A stretch of 64,000 nt of DNA from NCBI GenBank assembly GCA_965223855.1, contig CBDCXM010000009.1, positions 928,001 through 992,000 of the forward strand, given 5' to 3'. Shown in pieces: positions 46,124 through 55,284 of this stretch. The notes beneath the pieces are model-generated. The model saw only the letters and a program-made list of their open reading frames with translations. It did not search any database and was not told where the DNA came from. Origin of the DNA: Candidatus Multivoradales bacterium. Its GTDB lineage: Bacteria; Acidobacteriota; Thermoanaerobaculia; Multivoradales; JAHEKO01. Position numbers and translations under genes: made by a program. Every line of letters starts with the position of its first letter. Positions within the stretch are counted from its first letter, which is position 1.

Positions 46124-46492
46124 TCAGACGACTTCGAGATCCTGCTCGACGGTTCTCAGCGAGTGCCGTGCCATGGCCAGATTCGCCTTGGCCTTGTCGA
46201 TCACGAGATAGACGAAGAGTGCATCGTTGTCGTTCACTGGGCGGATCAGGTGGAACTGCTTGTCCAGCGTGATCAGGATGTCGTCGATGCGGTCATCGAG
46301 GTCGAGGGACCTCATCGTGGCGCGCTTGGCCCGCACGACTTCCGTATTGCCGGCGGCGGCCACTTCGAGGTCGATGCTGCTACCGCCGCCGTTCGACGCC
46401 AGCATCATGCCGCTGTCGCTGTCGACGATGCAGGCGCCGACGTAGCCATTGATCTCCGCGAGTTGGTCGAGTGCTTCTTGCGCAGTACTCAT
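46124..46492 (-). CDS. Roadblock/LC7-like protein (paralog)
   Basis: GYVGACIVDSDSGMML, AAGNTEVVRAK, IDDILITLDKQFHLIRP, ANLAMAR. Confidence 0.82.
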   Translation of the reverse strand: MSTAQEALDQLAEINGYVGACIVDSDSGMMLASNGGGSSIDLEVAAAGNTEVVRAKRATMRSLDLDDRIDDILITLDKQFHLIRPVNDNDALFVYLVIDKAKANLAMARHSLRTVEQDLEVV

Positions 46493-46557
46493 TCGTGAAT
46501 CCTCCTTGGGTGGGATGTCTTGCGTCGGGTCACTTTGCCCGGGCTGTACCTCCCTAT

Positions 46558-46573
46558 CGCAAGCGGCGTACCA
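46558..46573 (-). promoter_or_regulatory. sigma54 -24/-12 promoter
   Basis: Minus strand TGGTAC-GCCGC-TTGCG ~65 bp upstream of the first roadblock gene; AT-rich tract upstream. Confidence 0.72.
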
Positions 46574-46663
46574 CGGTCGGATAGGGTAGTTTGACGACCG
46601 CTAAATGTTTGTATTCAAGTGGCTTGCGGGTTTCGCGCCGGCAGAGCCTCAGAAGGGGTTGCG

Positions 46664-46697
46664 TCCGGATTCCGAACAGTCGTTTTCGGATACCGAA
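46664..46697. promoter_or_regulatory. Putative enhancer-binding-protein sites
   Basis: TCCGG-ATT-CCGAA and TTCGG-ATA-CCGAA, 21 bp apart, ~90-125 bp upstream of the sigma54 promoter. Confidence 0.55.
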
Positions 46698-46889
46698 CGG
46701 GGCTGCGGCGCCCGAGAGGGAGGGCTCCGGAATCTCGGACCTCCCAGGGGGTAACGATCGAGTCGGGCCGTGCGCCTAGCTCAGAAAGAAGATCGGTGAT
46801 CGAGGAATGCAGTCGGGTCGCCGCTTCGGCCCGGTGGCCGTGAGGTGGGCTGCAATCCCAACAACTATCTGTTTCTGAGGAGGAAACCC

Positions 46890-47195
46890 ATGGGAAAGTG
46901 GGCATTCATTGCCGGATTGGTACTTGCCGTTGTAGCAGCCTTCGTCGATCTGGGGTGGCTGCCCTGGGCCGTCGCCGGGCTCGGCGTCGTCGTCGGTCTT
47001 CTCAACGTGACCGAAAGCGAGACCCGGACGTTCCTGCTGGCGGCCGCCGGCCTGACGATCGCCTTGATCTCGATTCAGGCGCAGCGCTACAACCCGGACT
47101 GGCTGACCGACATCGTCTTTTTCGCCAAGGTGTTCGTCTCGCACGCCTTGCTGATCGTTGCGCTGATGTCGGTCTTCGAGACCGCGAGGGACTGA
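46890..47195 (+). CDS. Small 4-TM membrane protein
   Basis: GAGGAGG RBS; GKWAFIAGLVLAV...GLLNVTESETRTFLLA. Confidence 0.8.
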   Translation: MGKWAFIAGLVLAVVAAFVDLGWLPWAVAGLGVVVGLLNVTESETRTFLLAAAGLTIALISIQAQRYNPDWLTDIVFFAKVFVSHALLIVALMSVFETARD

Positions 47196-47207
47196 AAGCC
47201 GGCCAGG

Positions 47208-48227
47208 CTAGGGAACCGCTCCCACCTTCATGCCGTCGCCGGCGACCTTGGGAACACCCTGCGCCATGATGAGGCGGAAGGCTCCCCCCTTGAGGCCGCG
47301 ACCGCTACCCTGGGTCGCCGTGAACACTTCCGACGTTTCGGTCGAGAGGAGTTCGACTTCGAGCGCTGCGTCGGGCTGGAAGAAGAAGGTGCCGAGCGGC
47401 ACGCCGAGTTCGAAGGCATAGGTCGAGGTGCCGACGGCGACGATCAGGCGGTCGGTGCTGATGTTGGTCAGCGTCACCTCGAGCGTCCGGCCGTCGCCGC
47501 CTTCGGGCACCCGGAAGTCGAGGGCGACCGCCCCCTGCTGATAGGCGAGGGCCACGTCGATCCGGCGGGCTTCGGCGCGCTCGAGCGTCCGGACCGCGGT
47601 AGTTCCATGGTCGACGAGCACGGTCTCGAACGACGACTCGCCGCTCTTCTTGTGGTTCGAGGTCGATTTCTGGTGCACCAGGCCGAAGGGGATCCCGGCG
47701 TTGAGGCAGGTCTCGCCCGTCATCGTCCCGGGATTGGGTCCGCCCAGCACGGCTCGGAAGGAGAAGACATCGCACTCCACACCGCCGTGCGTCGCAGAGC
47801 CGCCGGCGTCGAAACCGCCGCCGAAGTCGGCCATCGAGTCCCGCATCGCCGTGACCATCGACGGCGCCTGCTCCATCGGCGCGCTGCCGGCGACGACGAA
47901 GCTCGCCCCCGAGAGCGCCTTCCCGAAGCTGAGAAACCGGTTCTGCCAGTCGAAGCCGGGCTCGATGACGAAGATGCTCGTCGAGCCGCCGCCGGCTCCC
48001 GGCCCTTCGAGGAACTCGGTCTCGATCTCGACCACGAAGCCGCCGTCACGGTCGGCGAGGCGGGTGTAGGTGGCGGCGGTCCGCGCCCCCGCCGATGTCG
48101 TCGTCTCATAGCGCGCCCAGCTGCCGGGTGAGGTCGATCCGAAGTAGGGCCGAGGGAGGTCGCCGGCCATCAGCGAGCCTGCTCCCAGGAAGACGAGTGT
48201 CGCTGCAACGGCACTGACTGCTTTCAT
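47208..48227 (-). CDS. Secreted hypothetical protein
   Basis: AAGGAG RBS, signal peptide, PGSWARY, IPFGLV. Confidence 0.7.
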   Translation of the reverse strand: MKAVSAVAATLVFLGAGSLMAGDLPRPYFGSTSPGSWARYETTTSAGARTAATYTRLADRDGGFVVEIETEFLEGPGAGGGSTSIFVIEPGFDWQNRFLSFGKALSGASFVVAGSAPMEQAPSMVTAMRDSMADFGGGFDAGGSATHGGVECDVFSFRAVLGGPNPGTMTGETCLNAGIPFGLVHQKSTSNHKKSGESSFETVLVDHGTTAVRTLERAEARRIDVALAYQQGAVALDFRVPEGGDGRTLEVTLTNISTDRLIVAVGTSTYAFELGVPLGTFFFQPDAALEVELLSTETSEVFTATQGSGRGLKGGAFRLIMAQGVPKVAGDGMKVGAVP

Positions 48228-48411
48228 CCGAGTCTCCTTCGTCGCTGATCGACGCGCGCTGCGAGCCGCTCTATACCGGACGTTCCTCGCCACACCGGTG
48301 AGCGCACGAAGCACGCAAGCCGGCCTGGCGACAGGTTGCAAGAGGGAGCGGGCAGGCTAGCACGCGGGTCTGGAGCGGCCGAGCCGGCCGACTAGAGCCC
48401 GAGGCGGCGAC

Positions 48412-49224
48412 TCAGGAAGGAGCGTTCGCCCGTAGAGACGGGCCCGCGGTCTCGACCGGCCCGCGGGGAGCGCGCTTCGCCGGATGGCCGTCGTCGGCGG
48501 AGCGGGAGCGCAGCAGCTTCAACGGGCAACGCCAGATGGTGCGCGGCAGATCGACCAGGTCGTCCGGGGCTCGGGTCGTGAACTCGAAGCTCGTCTCGTC
48601 CGGCAGCGCTGTGGAGTCGAGCAGCGCCCGTACCGCCTGCTCCCCCTGCACGTCATCTCCTGTTGCGTGGATGACGGCGCCGTCTATGTAGTAGATCTCC
48701 GCCTCCAGGCATCCGTGGCACAGACGTAGACGACCGGTGCTGCCGGTCTGCTGGAAGAACGCCATCAACTCGGCGAGCTCGACGATGTCGAGGCTGCCGG
48801 CGAGTGACGAGCGGCCGCCGCGATCGAGCCGAGGTGGTGGACCCTGCGGGTTGCCGGCACGTTCTACGCCGGCGGCCGTGAGCGCAGCGACGATGTTGTC
48901 GGCGATCAGGGCGGCATCGTCGCGCCTGCCGACGATCACCCCGCAGGCGCCCTCGACCGACTGCACCTCCTCGCGCCGCCCGTAGACGACGATCTTGTGC
49001 CGTGACAGTGCAGAATGGCTCTTGAGGAGCTCAAGAACCTGGGGCGTGGTCAGGTAGCTGGAGCCGCAGGCGAAGGCGACCGCATGGGGCGTTCGCCTGT
49101 CGGCTGCGGCGAGCGCGAAGACCGGTTCCTCGACCCGGAGCGTCTCCACACCGAGCGCCTCGAGAGCGACCTCGAGACCGAGCGCGCGGCCGCGATCCGG
49201 TTCGATCAGCAGAAGGTGGCTCAT
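48412..49224 (-). CDS. Degenerate receiver plus DUF4388 protein (paralog of 42810-43577)
   Basis: MSHLLLIEPD; LAGSLDIVELAELM..STGRLRL..IYYIDGAVIHA..GEQAV. Confidence 0.75.
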   Translation of the reverse strand: MSHLLLIEPDRGRALGLEVALEALGVETLRVEEPVFALAAADRRTPHAVAFACGSSYLTTPQVLELLKSHSALSRHKIVVYGRREEVQSVEGACGVIVGRRDDAALIADNIVAALTAAGVERAGNPQGPPPRLDRGGRSSLAGSLDIVELAELMAFFQQTGSTGRLRLCHGCLEAEIYYIDGAVIHATGDDVQGEQAVRALLDSTALPDETSFEFTTRAPDDLVDLPRTIWRCPLKLLRSRSADDGHPAKRAPRGPVETAGPSLRANAPS

Positions 49225-49606
49225 TGCTGCTCCCGCTTCTGGACGTGGTCCGATGAGTGGGCGGCGGGTCGGGTCGAGGAGAAGTAGATGGCTTTGTGCA
49301 AGGTGCTCCTTGGAGGCAGGGAGAAGGGATCCGTCGGTCATTCCCTGTCAGGAGCAAGGACTGGGCCACTTCGTGCCGACGGTGCATTCGGCAGGGAAGT
49401 CGCTTGGAGAGAGAGGTTTGGGTGACTCCTGGCGTGCCGACCGGAGCGGTAGTCGGGGTCCGCATTCTGAAGTCTCCGTCCAGATCCCGGACGCCGTCGT
49501 GTGCCGTCGATCGGGAGCGGCCGGTTCGGCTCTACAATCCCCTGCCATGAGAGCGGCTAGGAGAGTGCCCGGAGAGAGTCTGTTGGGAGAGCCCCCCGGA
49601 GAAACA

Positions 49607-51802
49607 GTGAAGAAGCGGCGGCGCGGCGGCTGGCTCGTCCTGGCGGTTGCCGGCGGCGTCGGGCTGCCGCTCGCGAGCCCGGCGGAGGGGCAGGCAACGG
49701 AGGCGAACCGGCGCTCGATGCGCGCCGGGCGCGCGACCGTCGTCCCGACCCTCGACGGCGAGGTTCTGGACGACGAGGGCTGGGCGGCGATCGAGCCGAC
49801 CGGCGGGTTCGTCCAGAACACTCCCGACGAAGGGGAGCCGGCGACCGAGCGAACCGAGGTCCGTGTCGCCTTCACCGACGACACGCTCTACGTCGGCGTC
49901 GTCTGTTTCGATCGCGATCCGTCCGCGATCGTCGTCTCCGACAGCAGGCGCGACGCCTCACTGAGCGAGACCGATGCCTTCCTGATCCTCCTGGACAGCT
50001 ACGACGACCGGCAGACCGGCTTCGTCTTCGGCACCAACCCGGCCGGCATCGAGTACGACGGCCAGGTGACCGCCCGCACCGAAGGGGGGCTGACCGCCGG
50101 CAACGCCTTCAATCTCAACTGGGACGCCTCCTGGGAGGTGCGCACCCGCATCGCCGAGGACGGCTGGAGCGCCGAGTTCGCGATCCCGTTCCGAACCCTG
50201 CGCTACAAAGGAGCCGGGGAGCAGCGCTGGGGCGTCAACTTCCAGCGCAACATCCGGCGCCGCAACGAGGTGTCGTTCTGGGCGCCGCTCGACCGCCAGT
50301 TCAACCTCTTCCGGGTGTCGGGAGCAGGCGCGCTCGAGGGGCTGGAGGTACCGCGACTGCGCAACCTCCAGGTGACCCCCTACGTGCTGGCGGACGCGCG
50401 CAAGGCGGGTGTCAGCGGCGCGACGACCGAGACAGACCTCGACGGCGGCTTCGACCTCAAGTACGGCGTCACGCCGAGCCTGACGCTCGATGCGACCGTC
50501 AACACCGACTTCGCCCAGGTCGAGGCCGACGAGCAGCAGATCAACCTCGACCGCTTCAACCTCTTCTTTCCCGAGAAGCGGCCGTTCTTCCTCGAGAACG
50601 CCGGGCTGTTCTCGGTCGGCGTGCCGCAGGAGGTCGAGCTCTTCTTCAGCCGTCGCATCGGGCTGAGCCCCGGGGGCGAGGCGATCCCGATCGAGGCCGG
50701 CTTGCGCCTCTCCGGCAAGGCGGGGGCGAACAACCTCGGCCTCCTCTACATGCGCGCCGAGGAGACACCCGGAGTGGCGCCGCGCAACGACTTCGCCGTC
50801 GCCCGACTGAGCCGCGACCTGCCGAACCGCTCCGCGATCGGCGCGATCTTCGTCGGCCGCGACGGCGCCGACGGCGGCGACAACCAGGCGTTCGGCATCG
50901 ACGGCCAGTGGGGGCTGGGAGAGTACGGCCAGGTGTCGGGGTTCGTCGCCCGCACGGAGACTCCCGGTATCGAGACCGACGACCACGCCTTCCGCCTCGC
51001 CGCGCGCTACGACTCGGACACGCTCATCTACTCGATCGGCTACACCGAGGTCGGCGAGGGGTTCAACCCCGAGGTCGGCTTCCTGCAGCGCCGCGGCTAC
51101 CGCAAGCCCGACGCCTTCGTCCTCTATCGCTACCGTCCGGAGAACTGGCTCGGCATCCACGAGATGCGGCCGCACATCTCGTACCGCGGCTTCTGGAACT
51201 TCGACGATTTCCAGGAGACCGGCTACCTCCATGTCGATAACCACTGGGAGTGGAAGAACGGCTACGAGGTTCACACCGGCATCAACTTCACCCGCGAGGG
51301 GGTAGAGACGCCGTTCGAGATCTTCCCCGGCGTCACCGTGCCGGCGGGCACCTACGACCACGAGGACCTCCAGCTCGTCTTCTTCACCAACCGTGGCGCG
51401 CCGGTGTCGTTCGAGACCCGGATGACGCTCGGCGGGATCTTCGGCGGCGACCGCAACTCGATCTCGCCCGGCGTGCGCTGGCGTGCCGGCGAGAAGTTCA
51501 CCGGCGAGGTCAACTGGACCTACAACGACGTCGACCTGCCGGGCGGCAGCTTCGAGACCAACCTCGGTCGCACCCGCATCTCCTACTCCTTCACCCCGCG
51601 GATGTTCCTGCAAGCGCTGGTGCAGTACAACGACCGCGCCGACCGCTGGGCCACCAACCTGCGCTTCGGCTGGCTCGAGAGCGCCAACACGGGGCTCTTC
51701 GTCGTCTACAACGACGTGCGCGACATCGGCGGCGCCGGGACCGGCATCCCGGACCGCAATCTGATCGTCAAGTACAGCCGGCTCTTCGATCTGCTCCGAT
51801 AG
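49607..51802 (+). CDS. CBM9-like/DUF5916 outer-membrane protein
   Basis: GTG start with signal peptide; PTLDG, WSAEFAIPFRTLRY, TVNTDFAQVE, FFPEKRPFFLE, FFSRRIG; C-terminal KYSRLF. Confidence 0.85.
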   Translation: MKKRRRGGWLVLAVAGGVGLPLASPAEGQATEANRRSMRAGRATVVPTLDGEVLDDEGWAAIEPTGGFVQNTPDEGEPATERTEVRVAFTDDTLYVGVVCFDRDPSAIVVSDSRRDASLSETDAFLILLDSYDDRQTGFVFGTNPAGIEYDGQVTARTEGGLTAGNAFNLNWDASWEVRTRIAEDGWSAEFAIPFRTLRYKGAGEQRWGVNFQRNIRRRNEVSFWAPLDRQFNLFRVSGAGALEGLEVPRLRNLQVTPYVLADARKAGVSGATTETDLDGGFDLKYGVTPSLTLDATVNTDFAQVEADEQQINLDRFNLFFPEKRPFFLENAGLFSVGVPQEVELFFSRRIGLSPGGEAIPIEAGLRLSGKAGANNLGLLYMRAEETPGVAPRNDFAVARLSRDLPNRSAIGAIFVGRDGADGGDNQAFGIDGQWGLGEYGQVSGFVARTETPGIETDDHAFRLAARYDSDTLIYSIGYTEVGEGFNPEVGFLQRRGYRKPDAFVLYRYRPENWLGIHEMRPHISYRGFWNFDDFQETGYLHVDNHWEWKNGYEVHTGINFTREGVETPFEIFPGVTVPAGTYDHEDLQLVFFTNRGAPVSFETRMTLGGIFGGDRNSISPGVRWRAGEKFTGEVNWTYNDVDLPGGSFETNLGRTRISYSFTPRMFLQALVQYNDRADRWATNLRFGWLESANTGLFVVYNDVRDIGGAGTGIPDRNLIVKYSRLFDLLR

Positions 51803-51827
51803 GCACTGCTGAGCCAGACCGCCTTTC

Positions 51828-54617
51828 TCAGGGAGAGCGGCGCAGCGCATCTGTCGCTGCCTTCACCGCGGCCGGGTCGATCAACGGCGTTCGCGCGGCC
51901 ACGATCAACGCCGACTCCAGCAAGGCCTTCCCTTCGGCCTCGCGCCCGACTGCGATCTGTGCGCGGCCGAGGGCGAGCGCCCCGCCCGTGACGACCTGTG
52001 TCGGTGCTCCGCTCGCGGCGTCGAGGATCGGCTGGGCTTCGGTCAGGACTGCCAGGGCTTCCTCGGCCCGTTCGAGATCCATCAGGATCTCACCGTGGCG
52101 CAGGAGGTTGCCGGCGAGGACGATGTCGGCGCTCGTGTCCCCGGGCGCAGACGTCGCGCTGACTCGAGCCAGCTCGACGGCCGTCGAGGACCGACGAAGC
52201 GCCTGCTCGAGCGATCCGTGTCGCGACAGGCTCAGCGCCTCGAGACTCAGCATCTCCGCGCGGCGTCGCTCGGTCTTGCTGCCGCTCGCAGCGGCGTGGA
52301 AGAAGCGCGCCGCCGTCTCACTGTCGCCCGTCGCCAGATGAAGCGAGCCGAGGTTGGCCGCCGCGCGCGTCGCTTGCAGGACGGTCGGGCCGCCCGCTGC
52401 CGTCGCCAACTCCAACGCAGCCTCGTGAGCCTCGCTGGCGGCTTCCAGCTCTCCCAGGCGCGCCAACGCTTCGCCGCGATAGTCGTGCAGGCCGGCGACG
52501 ATCACCGACCTGGGTCCGAAAACCTCGACCGACTGCGGCAGCATGGCATCGAGGACCGCGAGCTTCTCTTCGGCCGATGCCAGCTGCGAGGCCCAGTTGC
52601 CGCGCACGATCAGGTAGTTGGGGTGACCCGTCCCGACGACAGCCTCGAGTCGCTGCAGCACGTCGGCGAAGTGGTCTCGCGCGCGGGCCCGGTCGCCGAG
52701 GTCGGCGTAGAGCCGCGCCAGGCCGTTCAAGGTCGAAGCGATTCCGAGGTCTTCATCGGGCAGGATCTGGCGCCGGATCTCGAGCGCCCGATCGAGCAAC
52801 CCGACCGCCTCGCCGGGTTCGACGTAGCGCGACAGATCGGTCATCACCTGGGCGACATCGGTGTGCAACTCGCCGTATCGGCGGCGGTGCCAGTCGAGCG
52901 ACGCGCGCATCTGCTCGCGGCCGATCCCGACCTCGCCCATCTGGAGGTTCATCAACGCCAGTGAGTGGAAAACCTGCTGTCCGAAGGCCGTATCGCTCTC
53001 GCCGATCTGCTGTTCGAGAGCCCAGGCGCGGTCGAAGAAGTCTCGTGCCTGCGCCTTCTCTCCGCGTACGGCGCGCATCTCGCCGAGCGCGAACAGCAGC
53101 CGCGCCTGCACCGCCGGACGGTCGGCCATCCCCTCGGCCGTCTGGTCGGCGGCCGCCAGGAAATCGGCGATCGACACGGTATCGCCCTGCGCCGTCTCAG
53201 GCGCCGCCGACTTGAGCAGGTCGACCAGGGTACGGGTGACCGCTTCGGAGCGTTCCTGCTCGACGACGAGGCGATCGCGCTCCTCGCGCAATCGTTCCGC
53301 CTGGACGAGCGCATAGGCGGTGAAGGCGGCGCCGAGACCGACCAGCAGCAGCGCGGCCATCGACGCGGCACGATTTCGGGCGAAGAAACGCCGCGCCCGA
53401 TAGGCCAGCGAATCGGCATGAGCGCTCACCGTGTCGCCGCGCAGATAGCGATCGACGTCCTCGGCAAGCTGCGCCGCCGAGGGGTAGCGTCGCTCGGGTT
53501 CCTGCCTCAGTGCCATGGCGGCGATCCGCGCGAGGTCGCCGCGCAGCTCCCGGTCGAGCCTTCGCGTGCCGGTCGCGCGCCGGGCGGCGATCTCCTCCAC
53601 GGCCAGATGATCGGTACGACCGGGAGCCAGCTCGTCGTCGGTCGATGTTCTCAGCGCCTCGGCGAGCGACAGCGGAGCGGTGCGGCGGACCGCCCCTTCG
53701 ACCGTCCCGGGCGAGCTGTCGGCCACCCGGTAGGGGAAGCGCCCCGACAGCAGCTCGTAGAGCAGCAGGCCGAGAGCGTAGACATCGGTAGCCGTGGTGA
53801 CGGCCTCTCCCGACAGCTGTTCCGGGGCCGAGTGGAGCGGCGTCAGCACCCGTTGTTCGGTGCGGGTGACCTTCGGGTCGAGGCCGAGCGACTGAGCGTC
53901 GAGTAGCTTCGCGATGCCGAAATCGAGCAGCTGCACCTGGCCGTTGGCGTCGACGAGGATATTGGACGGTTTCAGGTCGCGGTGGACGATCAGGTTGCGG
54001 TGCGCGAACGCCACCGCGTCGCACACCTGGCCGAACAGCCGCAGCCGCGCGCGCACCGGCAGGCGATTCTCGTCGCAATAGCGGGTGATCGGCGTCCCCT
54101 CGACCTTCTGCATCACCAGGTACGGCAGCCCGTCGTCGGTCATACCGCCGTCGAGCAGGGTGGCGACGTTGGGGTGCTGGAGGCGCGCCAGCAACTGCCG
54201 CTCGAGGCGGAAGCGATCGAGGGCGTCGGAGCCGAGCCAGCCGGTGCGCAGCATCTTGATGGCGACTTCCTGCTGGTACTCGTCGTCGCGGCGCTCGGCG
54301 CGGTAGACCACTCCCATGCCGCCGCGGCCGAGGACGTCGAGCAGTCTGTAGGGACCGAGGTCGGTGCCGATTCTCGGATCGTCCGCTTCCGCGGCGTCGT
54401 CGGCCAGCAATCGGCGCTCGAGAGGCGAGCTCTCTCCGGCTCCGTGGGCCTCGAGCATCGCTCTCACCTCGTGGCGCATCCCGGGCTCGTCCGGGAACAG
54501 CTCGAGGAGTTGCGGCTCCCGCTCCTCGGCCGGAATCTCGGCCAGTCGGGTGAAGGCTTCCTCGACCCGTTGCCAGCGCTCGACGGCTGCCGGGTTGCCG
54601 TCGGCCGTCCCGGTCAC
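51828..54617 (-). CDS. Ser/Thr kinase with TM and TPR repeats
   Basis: ERWQRVEEAF N-terminus, LGRGGMG, HRDLKPSN, DFGIAK, TPLHSAPEQ, LRGDL, TPRs; GTGA overlap with sigma gene. Confidence 0.93.
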   Translation of the reverse strand: MTGTADGNPAAVERWQRVEEAFTRLAEIPAEEREPQLLELFPDEPGMRHEVRAMLEAHGAGESSPLERRLLADDAAEADDPRIGTDLGPYRLLDVLGRGGMGVVYRAERRDDEYQQEVAIKMLRTGWLGSDALDRFRLERQLLARLQHPNVATLLDGGMTDDGLPYLVMQKVEGTPITRYCDENRLPVRARLRLFGQVCDAVAFAHRNLIVHRDLKPSNILVDANGQVQLLDFGIAKLLDAQSLGLDPKVTRTEQRVLTPLHSAPEQLSGEAVTTATDVYALGLLLYELLSGRFPYRVADSSPGTVEGAVRRTAPLSLAEALRTSTDDELAPGRTDHLAVEEIAARRATGTRRLDRELRGDLARIAAMALRQEPERRYPSAAQLAEDVDRYLRGDTVSAHADSLAYRARRFFARNRAASMAALLLVGLGAAFTAYALVQAERLREERDRLVVEQERSEAVTRTLVDLLKSAAPETAQGDTVSIADFLAAADQTAEGMADRPAVQARLLFALGEMRAVRGEKAQARDFFDRAWALEQQIGESDTAFGQQVFHSLALMNLQMGEVGIGREQMRASLDWHRRRYGELHTDVAQVMTDLSRYVEPGEAVGLLDRALEIRRQILPDEDLGIASTLNGLARLYADLGDRARARDHFADVLQRLEAVVGTGHPNYLIVRGNWASQLASAEEKLAVLDAMLPQSVEVFGPRSVIVAGLHDYRGEALARLGELEAASEAHEAALELATAAGGPTVLQATRAAANLGSLHLATGDSETAARFFHAAASGSKTERRRAEMLSLEALSLSRHGSLEQALRRSSTAVELARVSATSAPGDTSADIVLAGNLLRHGEILMDLERAEEALAVLTEAQPILDAASGAPTQVVTGGALALGRAQIAVGREAEGKALLESALIVAARTPLIDPAAVKAATDALRRSP

Positions 54618-55186
54618 GAGTCGAGCCCCGGCAGGTCGATCTCTTTGCGCAACCACGCGCGGGCGGCGGTCCAGCGGCGTTGCACCGTCTTGCCGGACAC
54701 GCCGAGCAGCTGTGCCGCCTCTTCGAGCGTCAGGCCGGCGAAGAAGCGCAGTTGCACTACCGCCGCCCCTTCGGGGTTCATCGCCTCGAGGCGATCGAGT
54801 GCCTCGTCGAGCTCGAGGATCTCGTCGGCCTCTTCCTCACTCAAGAACGCTTCCACGTCGTCGAGCGGCACCGGTGGCACTCCGCCGCCCCGCTTGTGGC
54901 GCTTGCGGGTGCGGGCGTAGTCGATGAGGATCTGGCGCATCGTGTTGCTCGCCACCGCGAGGAACGAAGCGCGATCGGCGGCGGTCAGCCGCTCCTGGCG
55001 CTGCAGTCGCAGGTAGGCCTCGTTGACGAGCGCCGTGGCGCTCAGCGTGTGGTTGGCGCGCTCGTTCCTCAGCCGGCCGGCGGCGATCGCACGCAGCTCC
55101 GAGTAGACGATCGGGATCAACCGATCCATCGCCGCGGGGTCGCCCCCGCGCAAGCGCTCGATCCAGTGCGTCGCGTCTCCGCTCAT
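54614..55186 (-). CDS. Kinase-associated ECF sigma factor (EcfK/TIGR02999-like)
   Basis: LIPIVYSELRAIA, HTLSATALVNEAYLRL, MRQILIDYAR..KRGGG, VQLRFFAGL, W..ARAWL. Confidence 0.92.
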   Translation of the reverse strand: MSGDATHWIERLRGGDPAAMDRLIPIVYSELRAIAAGRLRNERANHTLSATALVNEAYLRLQRQERLTAADRASFLAVASNTMRQILIDYARTRKRHKRGGGVPPVPLDDVEAFLSEEEADEILELDEALDRLEAMNPEGAAVVQLRFFAGLTLEEAAQLLGVSGKTVQRRWTAARAWLRKEIDLPGLDS

Positions 55187-55284
55187 CGCTGTCGAGCCCC
55201 CGGACTCGTCACCTCGGGGGCCGCTCTGCCAGAAGTTCGTTGCAGAGAGTCTAGCGAAGGGCGCGGCCGGCGCCACGCCCGCAA

